Source: the human T2T-CHM13v2.0 reference genome, Homo sapiens. From it: DNA of 64,000 nt. Below, piece after piece: positions 1 through 13,681 of the stretch (its first letter is position 1; each line of letters starts with the position of its first letter). The stretch lies in NCBI RefSeq assembly GCF_009914755.1, contig NC_060934.1. One strand, 5' to 3'. Below the pieces are notes generated by a model. The model saw only the letters and a program-made list of their open reading frames with translations. It did not search any database and was not told the DNA's origin. The translations under genes and the position numbers were made by a program.

Positions 1-165
1 CACCCGGCGCGCTGTAGGTCTGCAGGCAGCAGGCTCAGAGGCAAGCGATGGCAAAGGTCCGAGCGCTGTCCTGTCGCAAGGGGTCCGGGGGCGTGTGAAC
101 CACACTTGCTGACCCTCCCAGGACTCCCGCGCGCGGCCACCCGCGCCTCTTCTCAAATCACTTAC

Positions 166-203
166 CCCGATTCACTCCAGACTGTGGCCGGGGAGGTCAC
201 TCC
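166..203 (-). other. Candidate small alternative 5'UTR exon or alternative first-exon donor
   Basis: Minus strand: acceptor ACTTCTGCAG| at 204/203 and a consensus donor GGG|GTAAGT at 166/165-160, inside the CpG island. Confidence 0.35.
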
Positions 204-452
204 CTGCAGAAGTGTCCCCCTCCCCCAACGCCGGCGAATAATTTTAAAGCAAAGGAGGCGCGGCCAGGTGGGCTCCCAAGCTCCGCGCAGACCCTTGGGC
301 CAGCCTTGGCCGCTACCCGAGCGCCTCTCCACCAGACCTTGGAGGGAAGTTGGGGGAAGGGCGGGAGAGCACCGGCGCCCAGGGCGCAGGGGCCAGAGCG
401 AGCCTGGCGTTCCGCCGCAGCCGGCTGAGACTCGGCGACGCGGGGGCTGTAC

Positions 453-590
453 CTGTGGCTGCGGGGCCGACGGCCGGCTGCAGGGCGGCTGGCTCTCCCG
501 CCTCGAGACTAGGCGCACTCCCATCCCCGCCGCATGTTCTCCACGCGGGCTCCAGCGCGCTCACCACCGCCACCGCCGTCGTCTCGGCTT
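453..590 (-). other. RAI2: Probable first (5'UTR) exon of a minus-strand gene; tentatively RAI2
   Basis: Minus strand has TATA-like GTAAATAAAG at 597-588, then a GC-rich leader ending at the donor CCACAG|GTACAG (exon end 453). The gene name rests only on my recollection of the RAI2 5'UTR and was not verified by alignment. The TSS is approximate. Confidence 0.45.
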
Positions 591-597
591 TATTTAC
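588..597 (-). promoter_or_regulatory. TATA-like element (GTAAATAAAG)
   Basis: Isolated AT patch in a GC-rich island, just upstream of the putative minus-strand exon. Confidence 0.35.
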
Positions 598-1711
598 CCA
601 GCCCGGCGCGCGCCGCCCGGGAACAGGAATAGCGAGGCCTTCTCATGTTTCCTGACTGCCGGTCCCAGCCGGCGAACATCCTGCGGGCGCGGTATCCACG
701 TTCCCGGGCGGGTGGAGAGGAAGCGTCCGCGCCCGCCCGGCCGCGGGGGCTGCTGTTAACCCCTAGCAGAGGAGCCGCTGCCGGGGAGCCCCGGGCCCGC
801 CGAGTCCTCCGGAGCCGGGCGCGGCTCCCAGATCCGCCGGCCTTGCAGTCGTGGAGCAGACGGGGCTTTTCCCTTCGCACTTTAGGAGAGAAATTGGAGA
901 AGCTGCCGGGAGCGCTCGGCTCCGGCTCCAGAAGCTGAGAGGCTGCGGTGCAAATCCCGTGTCTTAGCTGGCCCGATTGCCGGAAATTTCACTGCGCGTG
1001 GCTAGGCGGGAGAGGCCACTGTGACGCGCCCTGTATTTTCCTCTCGATTAGCTGGAGGGAAGTTAGAGCTCCGTTTTGCACCTACAGCCCTGGAGCGTAT
1101 TGCGGGAAGTGCTAGTGCCCAGGAGCCTCTTTTCTGATGTCACTGGGCTTCTGGGGTCCTAGTTGTCTCAGTCAAAGCCAGGCACACATTCACCTCCGGG
1201 GCAAGGGCTGGTGAGGCTGCCCTCGCCGCTGGGTATAGGGATGGGGGAAAGCAAGGATGGGATGAGTTCAGCCCAGGTGGCCAACCCGCGGTGGCCCAAG
1301 TGCAGAAGAGGAAGCGCGCCCAAAGCCAAGGATCTGCACGCAGCAAAGGAGATGGAACTTAGAAGAATCACAAGCTGGGACACAGGGCAAAGAGAGAGAA
1401 TGGCTACCAGATTCTCTGATTGATGATACTTTGCTTCCTAACATTACCGCAAATATAAGTAGCGAAAGCGGCGGTTTAGGTGCAACTGCAAGCTCAGAGC
1501 TTCTGGCAGCCCAGAAGATCCCCAAGGTGCCAACACGAAGCTGCCTGCGCTCTCGCCGAAGGCCCTGTGGTCCTAGCGAACTTTCGCCCTTTTTAAAGAA
1601 CAAACTTAGATTCCCCCCCACCAAGCTTAAAGAAATAGCGCCATTTGTCCTTTTCCCCTCTAAATGCGGCTGGCCAGAGCCGGGGCAGTGGCCCACCTTA
1701 GCATCTTCTTC

Positions 1712-1757
1712 GTGTGTGTGTGTGTGTGTGCGCGTGTGTGTGTGTGTGTTTGTGTGT
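1712..1757. repeat. (TG)n microsatellite with a CGCG interruption
   Basis: Read directly. Confidence 0.95.
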
Positions 1758-3849
1758 TGGGGGGGTCGCTAGAAGTGCTTAAAATATATACCAAAACTAT
1801 TATTTTAAAGACTAATCACACCCTCAAATTTCATATGTGTCACCTCCCAAATTACGCGATAGCAAACCGTTGTGCAGGGGTACAATGTAAACCATAAAGG
1901 AAGGCCGGTTTACATTTTTGCGCACCAGGAAGATACAAAGTATCATTGGAGCACGTTCTGATGTCCTCGGTTCTCTTTTGTTATATAACTTGCTGTTGCA
2001 GCGCTTGCATCTTGTCTTTGGCGCTGCCCTTGTGGTGTGAGTTCAGTACAGGCTTCTGGTCTACAGACCTCGCTGTAGGAGCTTAAAGACAGGGGTAAAT
2101 CCTAAGGTTTCAGCCATCAATTTTCAGCTAACAAATTTCACCACAGAAGCAGATCTAATTGATAATTCATAGGACAAAAGAGCCACCTTCTCTTTTATGG
2201 TCTCTATCAGTGGTGTTAGTCACCGGGAATTGTAATGAAATTAGCTCTAACATACCCCTGAAACATTTTTTGGTCAGCTGTCCCAGGTAAAGCAATAGGC
2301 ATCATACAGTTACTTGCAATTTCCCAGTATTCTACTAACTTTTTGAGCTATATGCTATAGTACATGTTAGTATAGGACAAATGAATTTTGTTGTTTTAGT
2401 ACTTAACTATATTTACTCAATTTAAAAATGCATTTAGAGCGCTTTTAAGATATACTTACATGTAATATTTGTTTTCTTAAAGTCTGAAATGAAATATACA
2501 GCAAAAATCTTAATGCAAAAATACTTTTCATTTGATATAGGAATAAAATACATTTGAGTAAGCCTCAACTCACTAAAAAATTAACATATGGTAATTCCCT
2601 TAGACTATGATTTAATAATTAAAATCCATTTAAAAATGAAAGAAGAGTGAAGGATCCATTCTAGAAGTGAAATGGTGTGAAATATCCCTCTGTAATATAC
2701 CAATGGGCATTTATTTTATTTTTGCAAGTTTTATCCTCTATGCAAAAGGGAAGTGTTGTCTTCATTTTAATCCACACTTCAAATACATTCATTATTAAAT
2801 TACACCTATTTCTAAAATAAATGTTACTCAGCCTCTTGTGCTATATCCAATGTCAGTATATGAAATGCTATATATAATCCTCAGAAGTAAAGCTTCCAGT
2901 TTCAGAAAGTTTTAGAAGATTTAAGAAAGCATATGTAGTTTGTGGAAGATGGCCTTATGCAGGGGGAAAAAAAACCCAAAACACCCAACAACTTAGACCA
3001 GAAGTCAGAAGACTTGAGCCCTAATCTTAATTCTGGTTAATTTGATGATGGTTTAGCCTGAATTTAGTAAAGTGTAAAATGACGGTAATAAGTTTTCCAC
3101 AAACTGCCTTACACTATTATGAAGGGTTTCTTTTTTTTAATGTGAAAGTAAGATACTGCTTTGCTAAAGCTAGAAAGATGTTAAGTAAGAACATTTGGAA
3201 GAAATATTAATTCATTGTATTGGACTCTGCAGTTATAAATATATGTAATTATTACTTTCTGGTAAAGAAAAAAATAAGTCTTCAGTTTTAGCATTTTGAT
3301 ATTTTACCAAATTACCCTGACATTTCAGAATAAATATTAGTCAAAATGTTTGAAAATAATGAGTGTTTTAAAACTCCTTTTTCCAGTTATTACTTATGAG
3401 CAATAAAGCAAACTACAAAGCCAGAGAATGACTACAACTTCCTGCTCAAATGGTATAAAACAGTAAGTTAATGAACAAATAGCAGGTTCAGCTCACACGT
3501 GGACAGTTTGATGGCAGAGATACATACTGGAGTGTGTAAGGGGAACAACAGAACAAGTGGTGAGACATACCGCTGCAGAAACACTGTGAGCTAAGCAGTA
3601 GAATGAGTGGCCACGAAGGATCTCACAAGGTGTTTCTGCTTTGTTTATAAGTTAATTTTAGTTCCATAAATAACACAGAATGAATAACGCCTTCTTACAG
3701 GGAGGGTCTTTTGCATAAATCCACTCTCAAACAAAGAAGAATACAAGCGAAAGTCCCTCTCAGCCACTTCCACCCAATCACATTCTGCAGAGGAACCACC
3801 CAAAGCTGGCAATTGCAGGTTGGATATGCATCTGCTCAAGTTTTTTCTA

Positions 3850-4700
3850 TGCATTTACATACATGAATAAAATTAATAAATTATAGTTTTGCTTTATGAA
3901 TTTTTAAAATAAATGAGGCTGTATATAAATGTACATATACATACTGAGTATTAAACTAATTCTTGCTTTTTCATTCAGTGATGTCCTAAAGAACTTATGT
4001 ATTAGTAGGCATACATGTAACTCCTTCTTTTAAACTGTTACATAAGACTCCATAATCTCCTTAAACATTCTCCTATGAATATGTCTGTCTTTCCAATTTT
4101 CACTATATAAACATCAAACATCTTTGCATATGATTATTTCTGTATATGCATAACGTGTTTCTCTAGGAATAGTTACCCAGACGTAGAATTTCTAGGTTGA
4201 AGGAAACACGGTTTTTAAATTTTGATAGATACTTCCAAATTTTTCTCCAACCTACACCACTGCTGACACATGCATGCTCCAATTTCCTCACATGCTACAT
4301 AGCATTGCATGTGTTCAGTCTTCATAATGTTTGCCTAAATGATGAGTAAAATAATGCCTCATTGTTTGAAAACATTTTCCTTTATAAGCCATTTGCATTT
4401 CTTAATTGAATTGCCTTTGCTTATATCCTTATGAGATGCCTTATTGATTTATAATGTTTATTTATAAATCATTTTTTCATGATATATATTTTTACATGTT
4501 GCAAATATGTTACCTGGTCTGTGACTTGACTTTTATCTATTTTGTCTTTGTCTTACAGAATGATTAAATGTAAATAGATCAGTATGTCAGTCTCCTTTTT
4601 TGAATTCTGGTTTTTGTGTCTTGCTTAAGAAGGCTTTTTTTCTTTTTGTATTTTCATCTAATACTTTAAAACATTTTTCCACTTGGCTTCTTAATAAGTT
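3850..4700 (-). mobile_element. Old L1 (L1ME-like) 3' fragment
   Basis: Degenerate antisense L1 3' motifs: tttccaattttcactat, cccagacgtagaatttctaggttgaagg, ttttgatagatacttccaaatt. Confidence 0.6.
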
Positions 4701-5763
4701 ATGGTTCAGATTGAGATGGTTGATTCAATGGTGTTCTAGGATGAAGTCATTTATCAGCTTAGAAGCAGGAGATCAGTTTCCAGCAGCTGTATTTTCCACA
4801 GTACAGTGTGACTGCACATAGCTTTTCAAACACATCATGTAACAAAGAAGGGATACCCTATCACAAGCAATATAAGGTTATTTGTAAAAGTGATGAAAAA
4901 GCACCCATTGTTTGAAAAAGTAAAATGTATTTCTCTCCTTGCTCAACATTTCATGGAATGGGAATTAATTTTTTTTTCTTCACAAAGCAGCTAGTCAAGA
5001 TAGGAACATTTGATAATGATTATATATGAGTCAAATTCATTCTGGCCAGAAATGCAAGTACTTTATCACCGCAATTTTAAAAACCATTAAGTATGTGCAA
5101 GTGCAGAAAATACACATAATAAGCAATCAATAGAACTGAGATCCAAGTGGGTTAACGTCTTGTTCTACTCCAGGTCTTGCTTGAGACAGGACCTGATGTG
5201 ACACTGACCCCTAACAACCCATCTTTTCTCTTGATACCAAAGTATCTTCAGTGACCTCAAATTAGAGTCCCCTATATTACACACAAGAAAATATACTATA
5301 CATTGGGGTCTTGAGGGGAACTGGCAGAATATTTCATCCTTAAAATACGCATTTACACTTACATACTAGAATTACTTTCAGAAGACTCTTCTAGCTTGAG
5401 AATCAATTTGCCTTTATGTCAAAAAGTGTCCTTTTAAATAAAAATAGTGAAGACTTTTGTCCCTAGGCCAGTAGGGCTCTATGTATGAAACCTAATGGAC
5501 TTCAGGAAATCCGTAGATTTTAAATATTTAATCATGATATGTGCTCCAAAATGTGTCATGCTTTTGGTTGACCCTCCCCAAATCCATCTTCTCTGTTTTC
5601 ATTTTCAATCTATGTGTAGGATAACTGAATAGATTCACCAAAGGACTGAATGTGAGCAGGAGTGATGTGTGCAACTTCTGCTCAACAAGCTTAGAAGGAA
5701 ATTGCTGCCCTTCTCTCCCTTTAACTCTTCCTGTGTCCAACGGTTGGAGCATGGATGTGGCAG

Positions 5764-6489
<726 letters not shown>

Positions 6490-6606
6490 GGCAGTGACCC
6501 ATGTCAGCCGAGCAGCAAATAACCTAAGAAACAGCAGAATCGCAAGATAAAGGGAACCTGTGGCTTTGAATGAATCACTCCAGTGAGAGCTATCAGGCTA
6601 ACCTAA

Positions 6607-7327
6607 CCTGAGTCCAAAAACCTTTTTCTGTAAAGGGCCAGATAGCAAAAGCTTTCTGGGCCCCGTGATCTCCCCGATGATGATTGAACTCCATCACTGT
6701 GGTGCAGAAGCAACTGTAGACAAGACTTGACTATGAATGAGTTAAGGAATGAGTGTTGATGTGTTCCAATAAGACTTGATTGAATGACACTAAAGATTGA
6801 ATTTATGTCATTCTCATTCTCACTGATATGGCTTGGCTGTGTCCTCACCCAAATCTCATCTCGAATTGTAGCTCCCACAATTCCCACGTGTCATGGGAGG
6901 CACCTGGTGGGAGGTAATTGAATCATGGGGGCAGGTCTTTCCCGTGCTGTTCCTGTGATAGCAGTGATAGTGAATAAGTCTCATGAGATCTGATGGTTTT
7001 ATAAAGGGGAGCTCCCCTGCACAAGCTTTCTTGGCTGACACCATGTAAGACGTCCTTTTGCTCCTCATTCTCCTTCTGCCATGATTGTGAGGCCTCCCCA
7101 TCCATGTGGAACTGTGAGTTCATTAAACCTCTTTCCTTTATAAATTACCCAGTCTCAGATATGTCTTTATTAGCAGCATGAGAAGAGACATACACATACA
7201 ATAGTGTTGCTGCTTTTATTTTTTATTTCCAACCAGTTAAAGATGTAAAAGCTATTCTTACCTGAGAAATTGGAAAAGGCCATGAGCTGCATTTTGCCGG
7301 CGAGGGGTTGTGTTTGCTGACCTATGA
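6607..7327 (+). mobile_element. MER58B-like hAT-Charlie element split by a THE1 LTR
   Basis: 5' part tttctgtaaagggccagatag...gtgttccaataa; 3' part ...gtttgctgacc after the LTR. Confidence 0.65.
6824..7194 (+). mobile_element. THE1 (MaLR) solo LTR
   Basis: Starts tgatatggcttggctgtgtcctcacccaaatctcatc; ends ...tttattagcagcatgagaa. Confidence 0.93.
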
Positions 7328-7495
7328 CTTGGACTACTCAGCTCTCATTGCAGGGGAGACAAATACCCCTTATTTAAGTCACTGTATTTGGGGGCTTCCT
7401 TGCTAAAGGAACTTAGTCTTTACCCTAAGTAATAGACACTTGTAAAAAAAATGATCCCAGTGGCCACAGGTGGGCTTAAGAAAAGCGCTTCCTAG

Positions 7496-8193
<698 letters not shown>

Positions 8194-8665
8194 TCCTTCT
8201 TTTCTTTACTCTCTCTCCCTTTCTCCTTCTCTCCCTCTTTTTCCTCCTTCCTTCCTCTCTCCCCCCTTCCTTCCTTCCTTCCTCTCTCTCTTTTCCCTCC
8301 CTTCCTTCCTTCCTTCCTTTCTCCCTCTCTTTTCCCTCCCTTCCTTCCTTCCTTCCTTTCTCCCTCTCTTTTCCCTCCCTTCCTTCCTTCCTTCCTTCCT
8401 CTCTCTCTTTTCCCTCCCTTCCTTCCTTCCTTTCTCCCTCTCTCTCTTTTCCCTCCCTTCCTTCCTTCCTTTCTTCCTCTCTCTCTTTTCCCTCCCTTCC
8501 TTCCTTCCTTCCTTCCTCTCTCTCTCCCTTCTTTCCATCTTTTCTTCCTCCCTCCCTCCCTCCCTTCCTTCATTTCTTTCTTCCTCTTTCCCTCCCTTCT
8601 TGCTTACATCCTTCCTCTCACCCGCTTCTTCCCTTCTTCCCTTCCTTTCTTTCTTCCTCTTCTTA
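8194..8665. repeat. CT-rich compound repeat with ~33-35-bp higher-order units
   Basis: Repeated units such as ctctctcttttccctcccttccttccttcc. Confidence 0.93.
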
Positions 8666-8762
8666 GTTATTGATATGATACAATATGATATGATATGCCT
8701 TAGTTATTGATGTGATATGCCTTAGCGATTGATACGATATGCCTTAGTTATTGATATGATCT
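8666..8762. repeat. (GATAT)n / ttagttattgatatgat short tandem repeat
   Basis: Several copies of gccttagttattgatatgat-like units. Confidence 0.8.
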
Positions 8763-9789
8763 GCCTTTAGGCGCAGTATTGGTACTTGGGTTTTGATGCT
8801 TATGTTTTATGTAATCACGGAAAATGCTGATTAATTTTCAAGGCTTACTGTTTTCTGACTGACACCCCACCACCCCCCCTCCAAAAAACTCACAAAATTT
8901 GAGCTATTTTTTATTGTTTTCTTTTTAATAATCAACAATACGTATTTATGGAGCACCCGCATGCAAAGTTCTGTGCCAAGAACTGCATCGTATCTGATTT
9001 AAAAGACACGATCCTTGCCTAGCTTACAAACCTGTTAAGAAAGCACTGGAAAATAAATATACCTCATCTAAAAAGCCTTAGGGTATCTGATATAAAGATT
9101 GCTTGAATCCAGTAAATCTATAAGTCATCTGTAGCAATGCATGAGGGAGCTTAAAGATGACAGAATGATAATTTTATGTGTCTGCTAAAAATTTTGTAAC
9201 CATATTACCAACATCCTTCCCGAAAACATGCAAAAAGAGAGCATTATTTCAGAAATTTGAGCCTGATTGAAAAACAGTATTTTCACCTCTTACATCAGGC
9301 TGTTTTGAATGTTATGCCAAAAACTTCTGGGTTTCAAGAAAGATTTTTAGGACTTCCGTTGAGAAAAAAAAATGCGGTAATGGCAGACACACAGAGGTTA
9401 GCTTTTGACTTTTCTTCCCTGTGCATGCCTTTATCTAACCTACCTCCCTGCAACCCACTTTTATAAAACCCCTGTTTTGGAAAAGTGCTAAAGGGAGAGA
9501 GGGATTGGAACAGAGGTGTTCTGTGCATAAACTTGTTATGGGTGGCAGTGAAGTCATTCCTGGGGCTCCACTCATTCTCTGCACAAGAAAGATTAATTCT
9601 TGCCCAAGTATCTGGGCCAGGGAACCTCAGGCCAGGCAGCAGGTGTGAGCATCTTTTTGTTCTGCTTTTCACTGATCTTTGTTAAAAGTGCTTTGATGGA
9701 GTAGGCTACCATAAATCCTGCTGAGAAAGGAGTTTGGGCTAGTAGAAAGGGAAAAGGAAAAAGGCATTAGGCCAATTAATTATATACTA

Positions 9790-10083
<294 letters not shown>

Positions 10084-10259
10084 TAAATTGTATAATTTAA
10101 ACAGCCTGAAGTCTAGGATAGGGGAAGTCTTGCAATATCCAAACGTCACAAGTTTTTCTTAGACCTGCGGTAGCAGGCAGCCCAAGACATATGTCCTGAT
10201 ACTACTCTTCCAGACTCATAAATGGTGACATAATAAAGGATATTTTAAAAATACATAAT

Positions 10260-10470
10260 ACATACAAAGCACTTCCTATGAATCCACACACTATTGTAAG
10301 CAATTAACTCATGTAATTCTCACAGCCACACTTTAGTACCCATTTTGTAGAAGAGGACATCTAGGCATAGGATTACTGTAAGTCACAAAGTTGGTGACTA
10401 GTGGAGCTGGGATTTGAACCAAGTCAGGCAGACCTTAGAGCTCATGTGCTATATCACTTAACTCTGCCCC
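10260..10470 (-). mobile_element. MIR
   Basis: cccattttgtagaagagga...gtggagctgggatttgaacc. Confidence 0.7.
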
Positions 10471-11033
10471 TTCTTTGAAGGTATATAGGAAGGGTAGAGA
10501 GAAAGAACTCTTAAACCCTTGTCTCCATAACTGTAGGCACAGCTAAACATGCAGCTACACACCTTCCGACTCCTCACTTCACAGGTAGAAACTCAACGCC
10601 AATACGTTCACTTTTCATTCTGTATGTGACATTTTTTCTAGGTGGGGAGCAGTGGAGGGTCAGTGTCACCTGTAATAGGATGATTTCAACAGCTTCAGCG
10701 TCATGGTAGAAAGGCTCCACTTCCTGTTCTTCTTCATGTGTGGGCTCACACCCAGAAGCCAATTACTGCTGAGTATTCTGAGGGTTCTCGAAATCTGGAG
10801 AACATCTTTTCCACCGGACAATGAAAAATAACAGGCTTTGGAATAGCCTCAGCGACCCTGAAGTGTTGTTTTCTTGTGGGAGTAGACATGATTATAAGTG
10901 GCTTATTCTAAGAGGGGTGAAAACCAGTAGCTTTGAAGAAGAAGGTGACAGTGGCCCTACAACTTCATGATCCTCTTTGGTTATTTTGTCTCTGTTTTGT
11001 TTTGTTTTGTCTTGTTTTCATTGTTACAGTCGT

Positions 11034-11900
11034 CAGGCTTACCCCTAACATTTGTGGAGCCTAAGGCAAGAGTACCAATGACACCCACGTACCATATGTC
11101 TAAATATTTAAACCCTATAAATCAAGCTAAAACACTTAAGTAACATATGCCCCGTCCTTCTACCTTGACGAACATACCATCTCTCTGGAAAATCAAAAAC
11201 TATATAGAAAGTTAGGACTTTAGTTAGAAAAGTGTTAAAGACAATTAGATTTAATTGTTATTGTATATGTCTGGATATCTTGCTGTTAAGCTTGCAGTGT
11301 TTAGATAAGTAATAAAATATAAATATAAAATATATTTATTATATTAAATTTAATTTTCTTGTCTTTATTTCAGCAAAAATCAGTTATTATAATCAATATT
11401 TCTCATAATTTGTGTTCTGAAGTAATTGCAATTACTTCAATAATTGCAATAATTTGTGTTCTGAGTAAATGCAATTCTATTAAGTGTTTAAAACTTGAAT
11501 TTGTTTTTATAAAGAATGTATATTAAAATAAATATGGCAGGTTTTTAAAATTAAACTCATTTTCATGTATCATTTATGAAATGCTTTTATTCTAAAATAA
11601 TTACGTATAAAATTAAAAGAGAAAAACAATTAATGAATATAAAATTTCAAATAAATCTAAAATTTTATTTAATTTTTGGAAAATTAATTTAAAATATCTT
11701 TATACAAATTATTTGCATTGGTAGTGTTCAATACATGGCTGGTTTCAATGCAAAGTATTGATATCAGATTTCATGAGTTATTTGTCAAAATTTATACAAT
11801 TACTGATTTAAGTGTGATATGAATTGTTTAATATTGCAAAACATTCTTTTGCTACCAGTTGCAACTATTGCAAAGCTTTGCTAAATATTGAATACCTTCA
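11034..11900. mobile_element. hAT DNA transposon remnant with a MER96B-like end
   Basis: End matches the remembered MER96B start (aacatttgtggagcctaaggcaagagtac...accatatgtctaaatatttaaa), followed by very AT-rich internal sequence. Confidence 0.5.
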
Positions 11901-12257
11901 CAACCAGTTGCTGGATGAGCAAAAAAAATGATACCAGGCACTACTGGGAAACAATACTGCATAAGGCAAAGATATATTGCATTCATGCTCTCTGAAAAGA
12001 AGGGTCTGTTGAGTTGATTAATTGGTCTTTTCTCCCAGCTCTCAGAAGCAGTGTTCACCTGCAGTGTTCACCTGCAGTGTTCTCAGCTGTGCAACCCAAA
12101 CCTTTACAACATTTGGATGTGATCACCTTTTACTTTGAGGACATAAAGCAAACAATGTGTAGAAGAATTTCCGTGGGCCTGAATGATGTTGTCACAAGAG
12201 CAGACATTTAGGTTTAGAGTTGCACTATGCCCTGTTAAGCACGCAATCCCAAATGAC

Positions 12258-12260
<3 letters not shown>

Positions 12261-12305
<45 letters not shown>
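12261..12305. repeat. (GT)22 microsatellite
   Basis: Read directly. Confidence 0.97.
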
Positions 12306-12306
<1 letters not shown>

Positions 12307-12541
12307 TGCAGGCCTTTTAAAAGAAGGATTCAGGGCAGTAGCCCTTTGCCTGGGTTTAAGAGTGGTGTGGTCATTCGAAGTGTTTCTTTATCTACTCATT
12401 TTTTTAAAAATTATTAAACTTGGCCATCTCATTAATGAAAAAGAAATTGCACTAACTGAAGCCTTTCATGAGTTTATCCTCTGATGATCCCACAATGATT
12501 AACACATAATTCAGCCTCTGGAATAGCAATGGCAGGGCCAC

Positions 12542-12922
12542 TGTCTTAGTTCTTTTGTGCTGTTATAACAAAATACCTGAGTCTGGATAATTTATAAAGA
12601 ATAGAAATTTCTTTTTTACAGTTCTGGAGGCTGGAAAGTCCAAGATCAGGGTGCTAGCATCTGGTGTCTGGTGAGGGCCTTCTTGCTGCATCTCACATGG
12701 CAGAAGAATGGGAAGGGAATGAACCTACTCACTCAAGGCCTTAATTAGGAAATAAGCTCCACCCTCATGACTTAATCACCTCCTAAGTGCTCCACTTATC
12801 TTAATGTTATCACACTGGCAATTAAGTTTCAATATATGAATTTGAGAGGACTAATTTAGTTTATCGAATTGGAGAATAAGTTTCAATATATGAATTTGAG
12901 AGGACACATTCAGCCCATAGCA
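12542..12922 (-). mobile_element. MST/MLT1A MaLR LTR
   Basis: tgtcttagt...gctgttataacaaaatacc...gtccaagatcagggtg...acattcagcccatagca. Confidence 0.88.
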
Positions 12923-13681
12923 GTCCCTATAAAGCCCCATGTGGGTAACATACATTTTTTACAGGGGCAATTATTGCAGAATCTTCCTTTAGGAAATAAT
13001 TTCTTTGCTGAGGCTAAGAAGTTTATACACTTAAGGTTGGTCTTGCAAATTCAGTAAGACTAATAAGGAGACTGCTGACTATGGACACTGTATATAGCCT
13101 ATGGCTGTCAGTAGAATGCCTTATTCCTAGGCACTCGTGGTCTCTATGGAATGCTTTTTATTTCCCTCAATGCTAGGCTTTTCAAGCTGTTGAATCACCT
13201 TAAGCATTGGGGTACTTGTTAGAAATGCAGGTTCCACATCCCAACTATAGATGCTCAAAGTCAGGTTTTCTGGGCGTCAGGCTCTATAATGGTACTGATA
13301 CAGATATTTCTCAAACCGTACACTGAGGAAAATTGGTCTGGAGCAATGGCCTTCAAACTTTTTTGATTGTACACTCATCACTAAAAAATATTTAGGGCAG
13401 GCTTCTCTAATACATATATAGTCATTTACTGGTAATGGATGGTATAGATGTACAATTGGGCTAATATATTTTGTAAATTGTAAAACATGCAAAAATGGAA
13501 AGGTTTTTAAAGAGGCAACAATGAAATAAACAATATTTTTAAATAATTTTTTCTATTAATGACACAAATATGTTTTTGTTCCCACCAAAATGTTATGTCA
13601 ATAAATAATTATTAATATTATCAACAAGGCTATTTTTAGTGAAAGCAATGTAATTTGAATTGCTTCATACTTAAAAAATAG

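Larger units (their letters stand above)
1..1150. promoter_or_regulatory. CpG island / promoter (weaker CpG enrichment continues to ~1700)
   Basis: Very high GC and dense CpG (cgcgcg, ccgccg, gcggcg) against the CpG-depleted, AT-rich remainder of the window; GC boxes at 359-365 and 706-711. Confidence 0.92.

Noticed and set aside
106-938. Long ORFs in the CpG island (217 aa, 120 aa and others)
   Set aside because: Arg/Pro/Gly/Ala-rich frames on both strands are expected from stop-poor GC-rich DNA; several use non-ATG starts and none resembles a known protein.
2018-2040. CTCF-like motif (minus strand caccacaagggcagcgcc)
   Set aside because: Mismatches at core positions of the CTCF consensus; not supportable without ChIP data.
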